This document shows positions 53,880 to 64,000 of a stretch of 64,000 bases of DNA, piece by piece. The notes beneath the pieces were generated by a model, which saw nothing but the letters and a program-made list of their open reading frames with translations, was not told where the DNA came from and did not search any database. Source of the stretch: Eledone cirrhosa. Its lineage: Eukaryota. The stretch's first letter is position 1; every line of letters begins with the position of its first letter. Location: assembly GCA_964016885.1 (NCBI GenBank), contig OZ024740.1, positions 238,700,001-238,764,000 on the forward strand. The letters are read 5' to 3'. The translations under genes were made by a program, and so were the position numbers.

Positions 53880-56800
53880 CATCATCATCATCATCATCAA
53901 CGTTTAACGTCCGTGTTCCACGCTTGCATGGGTTTGGACGGGGGTTTTTCCACTTGAGGCAAGAGTGATTGTCTTGCTCGCATAGGACTGTCTGGCAGGT
54001 TTTCTACAGTTGGATGCCCTTCCTAACACCAACCACATTTACAGTGTGGGTCTGGGAGGTTTTTACCGTGTTGCCTACATGGCCACATTACACCGTGGAC
54101 TGTGTGTTTTTTTGTCGTGACACCTACACGATCTCATTTGTTTCGGCCTGGATGGTGTGGCACCAACATAACTTTACATAGAAGGGGGCGGTGTGGATGG
54201 GGTTGGGGTGGTGGAACGGGGGTGTATTTTGTTAGAGATGCCTACTGACTGTAGTAGGTTTTACTTTGTATTTAGGTAAGGCGGGTCTTCTCTATTACTG
54301 AGTACCGCCAAAGGTCTTGGTCCAGTGACATTGTCTTGGTGAGGTGTAAGTGTGTGAGGTCGGAGTTTATCAGCTCGTCCCAGGTTTTTCTGGGTCTGCC
54401 TATTCCGTGGCTACCGTCTATCTTTATTGCCCTGCACTTTGTTATACAGCTATCGTCCTTCATGCGCATCACGTGACCATACCAACGTAGCCTTCTCTCT
54501 AGTAAACAACATCTGATCCCTCTTATTTCTAATTTTTTCCTTAGTTCGTTTATGCTTTGTCGTTCACGTATATTGCTATTACACATCCAGCGGAGCATGC
54601 AAGCTTCGTTTCTCTCTAGTCTGCGTATATCCTCTGCACACAATGCCCAGGTCTCACTGCCATGCAACATTGCTGTTCGTATGCAGGCATCGTACAACCT
54701 GCCTTTCATTTTTAGGGAGAACCCTTTAGCGGCTAATAGTGGTATAAGCTCTCTGAACTTTTTCCACCCAGTTCTGACTCTAGCTACTGTACTTTCAGAG
54801 CACCCTCCCCCACTGCTGATTTTGTCACCCAGGTAACGGAAGCTGTCCACTATTTCTATAGAACCCTCTGCGCAGTTGAAAGAGCTAGTATTTTGTGGGC
54901 ATTTGCTGCTACTTATTGCCCCAGAACACCGGCCACATGTAAAATCTATGTTCTTAGTTAGCTTACCTGTGATCCCACTACATCTTTTATGCACCCAAAC
55001 TTTGCATTTGGGACACAAAATGGAATTTCTACCTACGCCTTTCCTACACTCTGCGCATGGCTACTTCCCGGAGGGGACCGCCGCCTTATTTTCTTTCTTA
55101 CAAACTAGAACTTTAGTCTTAGCCAGGTTAATTTTAAGGCCTTTTGATTCTAGGCCGTGCTTCCATATTTGGAATTTCTTCTCTAGCTCGGCCATTGATT
55201 CAGCTATGAGCGTTAGATCATCTGCGTATAGGAGTTCCCATGGGCAGCCGGTCTTGAACTCCACTGTTATAGCCTGGAGGGCGATAATAAATAGTAGGGG
55301 GCTAAGAACAGCCCTGATGAACACCAACTTTTACACTAAACTCTTCACTATATTCGTTGTTAATTCTAACCTTGCTGACTGTTTCTTTATACATGGCTTG
55401 TATAGCTCTCACAAGCCATTCATCAACACCTAGTTTTCTAATAGCCCACCAGATAATGGAACGGGGGACTCTGTCGAAGGCCTTCTCCAAGTCGACGAAA
55501 GCTAAGTATAGGGGTTTACTTTTAGCTAGGTACTTCTCCTGTAGTTGTCGTACAATGAAAAGAGCGTCTGTGGTACTTTTTCCTGACACAAATCCGAACT
55601 GCATTTCATCTAGATCAATTCGCTCTCTGATTAGTTGCGCTATTACTTTTTCCGTGACCTTCATGACCTGGTCGATTAATTTAATGCCTCTATAGTTACT
55701 CCTATCTAGGGCATCTCCTTTATCCTTATAACAGTTAACGATGATGCTGCTACGCCAGTCCTTCGGAACAACCCCATTCTGTATGACTTGGTTGACTATC
55801 CGGGTGACCATGGTGTGTCCCACCGTACCAGATGCCTTCAGCATCTTGGCAACTATTTCCGAAGGCCCAGCTGCCTTGCCTGTCTTCATATATTTGATTG
55901 CCTTACTTATTAAACAACCTTCAACTTGCACTGTTGGTCCCTCTATTGGATCGATGTGGGTCAGACTATCTTTGTCCCATTTATTCTCCTCATTTAGTAG
56001 CCTCTCGTAGTGACACTTCCAAGCTACCTTCTTATCAGCGTCAGTGATGGCAAGTACACCATCATCATTTAGGACACACTTCTCGACAATGTCACGGTTT
56101 TCCTTGACACATTACCTAGCAATCCTGAACACCTCACGTTTTTGGTCCTCACGTTGTAGAACATGCTTGAACTTTCTTTCCTCTGCTTCCCTTCTTGCGA
56201 AGTACACTTGTCTCCTAGATTCCCTCCTGGCCACTTGATAGTCTTCTCTGCTTCCCCCATCCCGCCATACTTTCCAAGCCTGCTTTTTGACCTTAATTGA
56301 CCCCTCCACCTTACTGTTCCACCACCATGTTACTCTCCTCCTGCCTACAGGCCTGCTCCAGCCACAGACTTCGTCTGCCGCCGTCAGCAGGTTTGCTTTC
56401 AGGAATTCCCACTGTTCCTCTACCTGGTACGTCTCTAATTGCTCTTCCTTACTGTTGAAAGCATCAAGTAATATGCTTTGGAATTTATTTTTGGCTGTGG
56501 GGTCCGTTAGCTTCCATATTTTTTTTCTCCTGAGGATAGTCCTCTTCTGTTGTCTAGTACGTCTCGTCCTGACTATTAGGTCGCTAATTATCAGTCTATG
56601 TTGGGAGGTGCATTCTTCATGGGGGAGGGATTTAGTGTTTACGACAGTCACTTTGTCACGTCTTCTGGTAAGGATATAATCTACCTGGCTGGTATGTTCC
56701 CCTGATCTGTAGGTGATCAGGTGATTGTCTCGTTTTTTGAAGTTAGTGTTGCAGATAGTTAGGTTATTTGCATCGCAGAATTCCAGGATTCTGGAGCCTT

Positions 56801-57010
56801 CCTCATTTCTAGTACCAAACCCATAGCCTCCATGGATTTTGTCGTAGCCGTCACAATGTTGTCCAACGTGACCGTTTAGGTCGCCTGCAATAATTATATA
56901 GTCACTGTCGGTTATTTGGGAGGTAGTGAGCATCAGTGTCTCATAGAATCTGTCTTTTATAGTGCTGGGCAGTCCGGATTGGGGTGCGTACGCGGATATT
57001 ACTGTCACCG
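53880..57010 (-). mobile_element. 5'-truncated RTE LINE, same family as 12660-16120
   Basis: ORF pieces 56112-57008, 55302-55931, 55061-55327 and 54272-55018, then 3' UTR and (CAT)n tail at 53880. Confidence 0.95.
54272..57008 (-). pseudogene. RTE ORF2 (partial endonuclease, RT, PHD finger), a few frameshifts and stops
   Basis: SAYAPQ, GDLNGHVG, DLEKAFDRV, YADD, CAEC..CPKC..HKRC..CGRC and FRYLG. Confidence 0.95.
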
Positions 57011-57599
57011 TATATAAAATTTAATTAGCGTAAAATTTTACTTATGTAATAGGGTCCGGGAAAAGCACCATAAGCAATTTATGTTCCTCTAAGAATCAAC
57101 AAATGTTGGTTTGTTCCCCTCACATTTTTAAGGCAAATGAGGCCCCTGGTCATAGGCAATCTGTTGATAGTGGATGATAACTATTTATATTAAATGTTGG
57201 GAGTCAAAATATGAGAAATAAATATATTCCCTCTAATGGGTTTTGGTCATAGCTGTTATGTGTATCTATCTTTAACCTTCTAGCATTATTTTAATTACAT
57301 CATTGTATCTCATTTGGGGTTTATCCTAGTTTCTCATACATAATATTAAACAAATGTGAGTAAAGTGTTTGTCTTAGCGACTGAATATCCTTCATTCCTT
57401 GCATATATTTTAGCCAACAGAAATTTCATTGCTTGAATATCGTTTCTTGACTTTATCTTATCATGTGATGTTCATGATATCTCCCAGGTGCAGTTATTTT
57501 TAGCCTATTTGCAATATTTTGTTTATGCCTTTAAACTATATCAGATAGATAATACTATTGCTCAGTATACATTGTACTTTCCTAACATTGACATGCACT

Positions 57600-59950
57600 T
57601 GTTACAAAATTGCTTTCTCGACCTTCTGAATATTAAGCCAGCTTTATTCATCTTCTGAGCTAGTTTGTTACTGAGCCTTCCCACATTGCTGACTGTACTG
57701 CTCTGATAGGTAAGGTGGATTGCCTCAACTAGCTCTTGCTCTTCAATAATGATGGGCTCAAATCAGGACTTGGTTGCTAAAGAACACCAGTTTGGGAATG
57801 TTAATCCTCAAGCTTTGTGGCTATACCATATAAACCATCCACCAAGCTCTGTATGGTTTCTGTACTATGGGAAACAAGGGTACAATCATCTGTGAACAGT
57901 ATTTTTCTTACTAACATAGGCATGTTATTGGTCTTAGCTCTGAAGAGTAACAACTTAAACAAGTTAGCATCATGTCTTGTCTGTATGCATAATGTATAAT
58001 TTTTCCTTTGAGTTATAGAATATTTTGGTTGACTATGGTAAGCCACCTGGCACACATAATTCAGCCAGAGAATACTTTCTCTATTTAAGGCTTTTAACAT
58101 CATGGGTCAAGTTTTATCCTCCCCAGAGACTTTACCACATTTGAGCTCTTTAACTGCTCTGGTCACCTCAGCCTTTGTGAGGTTAGTCAACTCTACCAGA
58201 TACACCTCATGTACATCAGATGTTCTTATGATCAGGTCCACGAGATTAGCAAAGTATTCTCTCCAACTTGTGAGGATACACCTCTCTGAAATGAAAACAA
58301 CCCTTGGCTCAATTCTAATAGCAGGCATAGAGAGGGACTTCATATTAAGTCTTTGAGAAATAGTAAGAGTATTTCCTAGGAGCGTATGCTTGTTTTGTAG
58401 ACCTTGAAAAGGCATACCACCATGTTTCACCAAACCTGTTGTGGAAGGTTCTGCAAGAATATGGGATCAATGGACTGCTTCTTGTTGCCCTAAAGTCTTT
58501 ATATGAATGCTTTAGTATTTATGTTCAGATAAATGGTGCTAAATGGAAACCATTCAATGTGGGTATCAGACTCTGCCAAAGGTGCGTACTGTCACCGCTT
58601 CTGTTCATAATCTTCATGAATAGGATTGACATGCACAGTTGGGTTGGAAGTTATATCGAGACTGGTGGGTGTAGGATCAGTCGGCTGGAATTTGCAGATG
58701 ACAAGATATTACTTAACTTGTCAGAAGGGGATCTCCAACATGCACTTGATAGGTTTGATGCTGAGTGCCTTATGGCTGGAATGAAAATCAATGCTGTGAA
58801 GACTGAGACACTTGTCTTCTCAAGAAAGTCTACTCAACGCACTCTACATATGAATGAAGTTCCACTGAAGCAGGTGGAGAAGTTCATGTATCTCAGGGTT
58901 GTGTTCATGAGTGATAGAAGGCAGGAGGTTTAATTAAGTGCAAGAATTGCAAGAGCTGGTGCATTACTGCATCAGCTTCAGCATTTGGGCATCAGTAGAA
59001 GAGAAGTAGGTGTAAAAGCCAAACTTGCTATCTTCAATTTGGTATTCATGCTAACCCTTATCTATGGTCATAAATCTTGGGTAATGACCAAAACGATACA
59101 ATTGCAAATAAAGGTGGCAGAAATGGAATTCTTCCAAAGGGTCTTTGGAGTAATATTACTTGAGTATGTAGCTCAGAGTCGCTCCAAGTAGAGCTGGTAC
59201 TTCTCCAAATTCAGGACAAGAAGAAGAAGAAGAAGAAGAAGGAGAGGAGGAGGGGGAGGAGGAGGAGAAGAAGAACAATTCTATTGCAAGGATCATCCGT
59301 CTCGAATATAGGGACAATGCCAGCAGCCTTCCAGTATTACATTGACATACAGTGGCCTCGCGTGATTCAAGCATTAACTGGTGGAGACATCTGATAAGTT
59401 TATTTCTTCCATTTTGACATATTTCTGTTAGAATCCTGTCCAGTCTTGTTGCCTTTCTACTTGAGAATGACATGACATGGTTGTAGCCAATACCTTCTTT
59501 ATATTTAGTGGATCATTCATTGATACATCAGTAGCAAGTGTTTTGCAAAGCAGTGAAATGTTTGTCCTTTTCCCTGGAACAATCTTAATCTGTTAACTGA
59601 CTTCAGCTGATTGGCACCCTTCCCCTTCAGTCCATCATAGAATATACACATGTCAATGAAATCAGCAGAGGTTCGCAGTTCGGTTGCTTTGTTTTCCTAC
59701 CATTTCATATTCATCTTGCAGGTTTATTGTTGCAGTTTCCTATTTGTATATCTGAATTAAGCAGAGCTAGATGGTTGCTTTTCTCTAACAGTGAAACAAA
59801 AATGATATCCTCATAAGTATAAATGTCTTGATGGTTCCTTGTTGGTTCACTGTACGCAAATTTTAGGCATGATATACACTCTGGTACATTCAAACTACCT
59901 GGCTTCTGATGCATTTCTTACTATTCTAGAGCCTCATCTATATTTCTTTC
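57600..59950 (-). pseudogene. Old BovB-like RTE remnant interrupted by a younger insertion
   Basis: RNHQDIY..LLEK (59711-59914), KATRLDRILTEICQNG..LHQL (59156-59473) and QTRHDANLFKL..RAKT..RKILFTDDCTL (57801-58000) are in the correct order on the - strand. Confidence 0.72.
58035..59215 (+). mobile_element. Expander-like RTE with a 5' inversion (58035-58433 -, 58436-59215 +)
   Basis: The - segment reads WREYF...AVKELKCGKVSGED..MLKAL. The + segment reads WKVLQEYG...LSPLLFIIFM...FADD...EKFMYL. Confidence 0.82.
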
Positions 59951-60153
59951 TAGAATGGCCTTTACATTCCTGACTCTGTTTTTATTTATATATACATTCA
60001 TCATGATCACCATCACTTTGACTATCATAACCATCATCATCATTATCTTAACATCCATTTCTCCATACTGTCAAGAAAATATGCCATATCATTACTCAAC
60101 TCCCTCCTTAATCTTGTGATATCTTTTATGTGACCTTAAAACTGACGGAATTT

Positions 60154-60239
<86 letters not shown>

Positions 60240-60439
60240 TATATATATATATGTATATATATAATAATAAAGTATGCAAAAAATGCATATAGGGACACAT
60301 GTATTATCCAACCATATGCCAATGTGGTTCTATGGCAGGTTAATAAATTAACGAGTCAGAACATATATAATCAAGGTTTAGCAAATAGAGAAAAAGTTTC
60401 AAAATAAATTTTTTAAATTTTACTGTACTTACTATATTT

Positions 60440-60523
60440 ACCCTTACCGCGCGGTTTCAATTCTCAAAATAAATGGATAATCCATGCGGAACACCATTGA
60501 GAAGGATAATTTCGTCAGAGGGT
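60440..60523 (-). ncRNA. Type I hammerhead ribozyme
   Basis: The - strand reads ACCCT-CTGACGA-[53-nt stem II incl. TTCTCAA/TTGAGAA and ATGGA/TCCAT]-GAAA-CCGCGCGG-TA^AGGGT. Perfect stem I, intact core, palindromic stem III, GUA triplet. Confidence 0.85.
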
Positions 60524-60744
60524 TCTTCTCACTCGGAGAATATAAAATTCCCGAGTTCAAACCACGAACTGGCGCCATACAGAACTGTTCCCGAGATGAG
60601 AGTGTATGATAAGGAAACAATCTTGTCTAGTGCCGTGTGTAAAGATAGAAGGCAAGGGCGGAAAGGTCAATGTCCTGCCACTAGAAATAGCAGCAGTTAA
60701 AACGACCAAAATTTTATCTCGACCTTAGGGGAGATTAATAATAA

Positions 60745-60927
60745 TTGTTTCTACTTTAGGCACAAGGCCAGCAATTACCCAGTGCATTACTGGTACTTTA
60801 TTTTATTGACCCCCATAAGGATGAAAGGCAAAGTCAACCTCGGCGGGATTTGAACTCAGATCGTAAAGGGACGTAACTATGCTGGAAAGCATGGCGTCTG
60901 ACCCTCTACCGATACTGCCAATCCACT
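60745..60927 (-). mobile_element. Young Meta-type SINE inserted in (TAA)n inside the hammerhead element
   Basis: Full unit near-identical to 36119-36305; TAATAATAAT on both sides. Confidence 0.92.
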
Positions 60928-61209
60928 AATAATAATAAAGGGTAAATATAGTAAGTACAGTAAACTTTTAAAAATTTATTTAAAAACTTTTTCTCTATTT
61001 GCTAAACCTTGATTATATATGTTCCGGCTCGTTAATTTATTAACCTGCCATAGAACCACATTGGCATACGGTTGGATAATACATGTGTCCATATATGCAT
61101 TTTTTGCACGTAGGAAAACATACTTTATTATTATTAATCTCCCCTAAGGTCGAGATAAAATTTTGGTCGTTTTTACTGCTGCTATTTCTAGTGGCAGGAC
61201 ATTGACCTT

Positions 61210-62729
61210 AGCATATGGAGTTTAAGCGACATCCTGCATCCCATGGCGCCAAAAGCCTTTATCAAATCCTGCACCAGTTGCTGGTAGTTTTCAGCTCTGT
61301 AGTTGCCCAGGAAGCCCTTAACAACTGCTTTGAAACAGTTCCCTGCTGTTCTCTCAATCCTATTGAGCTTATTGGAGAACTCGGTAGACTCAAACACCTT
61401 CTTTATCTGAGGTCCAACAAAAATTCCACCTTTGATTTTGGCCTCAGATAACTTGGGGAAGAACTCAAGAAGGTACTTAAAAGTGGCTGAGAGCCTTCAC
61501 AAACTGCTTGGTTGAGAGCCTTCACAAACTGCTTCATCAACCCCAACTTAATGTGCAGTGGCGGCATGAGCACAATCCTGGGATCAACCAGTGGCTCCCA
61601 CATGACATTCTGGGTCCCAACTACAAATTCTGTTTGCTGCTCCCAGTTATTTCTTTTGTAGTGGTCAGAGGTGGCTCTGCTGTCCCAAAGGCAGAGGAAG
61701 CATTGGAATTTGATAAAGCCTCCTTGGAGTCCAAGCAGGAAAGCCACCATCTTGAAGTCTCCAATGATTTCCCAATTGTACTGGTTATCTTTGCAAAGCT
61801 TCCAAGAGGACTTTCACACTGTAGTAATCTTCCTTCAGGCAGACTGAATGAGCTAGGGGCAATGTCAGGAACTTGTTTCCATCGTGGAGGAGGACAGCCT
61901 TCAAACTTGTAGTAGAGCTATCTATAAATAGCCGCCACTCCTTGGGCACAAACGGCACCCCAATAACGTCAAACAGTCCAGGCACACATGGCAGAAGCAG
62001 AGGCCATCCCTAAGAGTGTAAAAGCCTGAGAAAGGTTCGTGTCGACTTCTCTGACTTGTCACCTGCACTTCCTCCTTGACCAAGTTCCACTGCTTCATCC
62101 TGGAGACGAATAGCTCTGCATTGGACTTGGTCAGACCCATATCCCTGACCAAGTCATTGACTTCTTTTTGGTTTGGCAAGTGAGGAACTTTTTCTGGTAC
62201 CTCAGGCAGGTAATCTAAGTCCTCAGCAACCATCTCCTCCTCTTCATCAGAATACTTGTCTTGGAAAATAAGTTTGATATGCAATACAAAATAAATATTG
62301 GAAAGGGAAATACATATTTAAATAATATAAAAGAACACTAATCATACTAATGAAAATTCATGCTTAAAACACAACTTACATTTTATTCAGGGTGCGAAAA
62401 TCCAGTATCAATAAATCTCTTTAATCCACTTTTTAACAATTTTATACTTTATTGCACTTTTATCATTTTCTTTAGGTATTACTCTTTATTTTATAATTTT
62501 AATTTAACCTGAAACATATATAAAAAAAATCATTTAACATAAGCAAATTAAACTTACATACAACGTAAAATCCAGCATACAAATAATTCTAGTGAATAGC
62601 TTAGAATTTTTACAAACCCCAACTTTTAACTGTTTAATAGCACTTTTTTATTTATTTAGGACCTAAGCAACACAAAAAAGGGATTACAAGCCAGGAACAG
62701 AAAAAATTTTTTTTTTTGTTACACGGTTG
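61210..62729 (-). mobile_element. Chapaev3-like (CMC superfamily) DNA transposon, decayed and 3'-truncated
   Basis: WRLFIDSSTTSLKAVLLHDGN, LLGLQGGF.K..CFLCLWDSR, PPLHIKLGLMKQFVKAL and GCRMSLKLH; 5' end CCGTGTAACAAAA...TTTTCTGTTCCTGG. Confidence 0.82.
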
Positions 62730-63396
62730 AAATTAGCAGAGTTGTTAGGGTTTATTGCATTTTGAGTTCAAATCCTGTCATGGTCAACTTTGCCTTGCAT
62801 TTTTTGTTTTAGTTGGTAAATAAAATACTGTTCCTGAGGTGGTGGATTGACAGAATTGTTAACAGTTAGGTGGGATGTTTTGCAGCATCTGATCCTTCTC
62901 TGTGCATTCTAAGTTCAAATCCCACCTCCTTCTGTTGGGAGTTACAGCGAGCAGATAGTATCAGCAATGGAAAGATAAATAGAAATATTGTTTTCTTGGT
63001 CTGATCTGATGGTCAGCTTCTGTCCATTATTTAAACTTTGAAAAAGAAAAGCAATAGATATTAGTAGTGATTTGGTCTACGCACCTGAAAAATCATACAT
63101 CTTTCCAATTGATTGCTTATCATGTTATGATATTTTTTGAAAGGTTTCATGTAGAATGAAAAAAAACAAAACATTAATTCAAATGGCAAGAATACTGTCA
63201 CAAAAAGGATAACATAAATTGTAAAATATTACTGATATAACTGATGAGCTTAAGATGTTTTTAATAAAATTGAAGTTCGCAGTTGAGATCTGTGATGAAA
63301 TTTTACATTTCATCTGATTTGGATTAGATTTTTTCAAACTGAAAACATTTTGTTACAGCTATTACTACTGATGTAATGTTATTATCAGAACCTAAG

Positions 63397-63580
63397 GGCA
63401 GTGAATTGGCAGTATTGGTAGAGGGTTGGATGCCATGCTTTCTAGCATAGTTACGTCCCTTTACAGTCTGAGTTCAAATCCCGCCGAGGTTAACTTTGCC
63501 TTTTATCCTTATGGGGTTGATAAAATAAAGTACCAGTAATGTACTGGGTAATTGCTGGCCTTGTGCCTAAAGTAGAAACA
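63397..63580 (+). mobile_element. Meta-type SINE with 19-bp TSD
   Basis: GTTATTATCAGAACCTAAG at 63378-63396 and 63581-63599. Confidence 0.92.
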
Positions 63581-64000
63581 GTTATTATCAGAACCTAAGA
63601 AATGATTTTTTTAAGAATTCCATTTCTATTTTGTTCAAGTAACTATCATACCATTAATTAAATACATTTGGTACAGGCAAAACTGATAAATTCCTGACTC
63701 TATTATAAACTGAATACTACTTTAAGAATAGATAAGTTGTTGCTTGAGATTTATATGTTGCAAAGAAGAAAAATGTTTACTTCTCTGACCAGAGAAATAT
63801 TAAAAATAAATCAATGAGAACTTTTCAGTATTAGCCAAATATTGGCTGTGTCAGCTATTAATAGGAAAGTAGAAATATTTTCCTTTAATCTGTTCAATAA
63901 AAATCAATTATTTACTTTTATAAAATGAAATTATTTTACTTGCTTCTCTTGTGTGAGTTCTCTTCCCATCTTTCAGCAAACTTATGTAGTATTTGGCTTT

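Larger units (their letters stand above)
53730..57148. mobile_element. hAT-type MITE split by a 3.1-kb RTE insertion
   Basis: TIRs CAAGGGCCTTGTTT / AAATGAGGCCCCTG; 8-bp TSD ATCATAGG (53722-53729) / GTCATAGG (57149-57156). Confidence 0.8.
60261..61209. mobile_element. Hammerhead-containing non-coding element (retrozyme/Penelope pseudo-LTR-like): permuted ~480-nt unit (-) plus an inverted partial copy (+)
   Basis: 60261-60445 is the reverse complement of 60938-61134, and 60663-60740 of 61132-61209. A hammerhead lies between these blocks, and the element starts at a (TA/CA)n tract. Confidence 0.8.

Noticed and set aside
60473-60700. 75-aa ORF antisense to the hammerhead
   Set aside because: Short and without recognisable motifs; not supportable unless it proves conserved across copies.
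60680-60703. CTAGAAATAGCAGCAGTTAAAA resembles the Cas9 sgRNA scaffold
   Set aside because: It is a short GAAA-tetraloop similarity inside a eukaryotic repeat. There is no cas gene, array or remaining tracrRNA, and the sgRNA loop is an engineered sequence.

Overview
This is AT-rich eukaryotic DNA made almost entirely of repeats. The SINE/LINE repertoire strongly suggests an octopod (coleoid cephalopod) genome, but that is an inference. No host protein-coding gene can be supported, so the window is probably a large intron or intergenic region. It contains several RTE-clade LINE copies; two near-complete, oppositely oriented copies lie at ~12.7-16.1 kb and ~53.9-57.0 kb and carry a PHD-type finger inside ORF2. 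There are also BovB-like, Expander-like, CR1-like and CRE-like LINE remnants. Two tRNA-headed SINE families (Meta-domain type and CORE/V-like type with an RTE tail) occur in dozens of copies. DNA elements include mariner, maT-like and Chapaev3 transposons, hAT and TTAA MITEs, a non-autonomous Helitron and a solo LTR. The most interesting signal is a set of short non-coding elements next to (TA)n microsatellites that carry type I hammerhead ribozyme motifs: intact at 60440-60523 (-), near-intact at 49494-49546 (+) and degenerate at 19210-19312 (+). The 60.3-61.2 kb locus holds one circularly permuted ~480-nt unit joined head-to-head to a copy that starts at the predicted self-cleavage site. This is the footprint expected of a retrozyme or Penelope-like, possibly circular-RNA-derived, mobile system. 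Alignments were done by eye and family names come from remembered motifs, not database searches.
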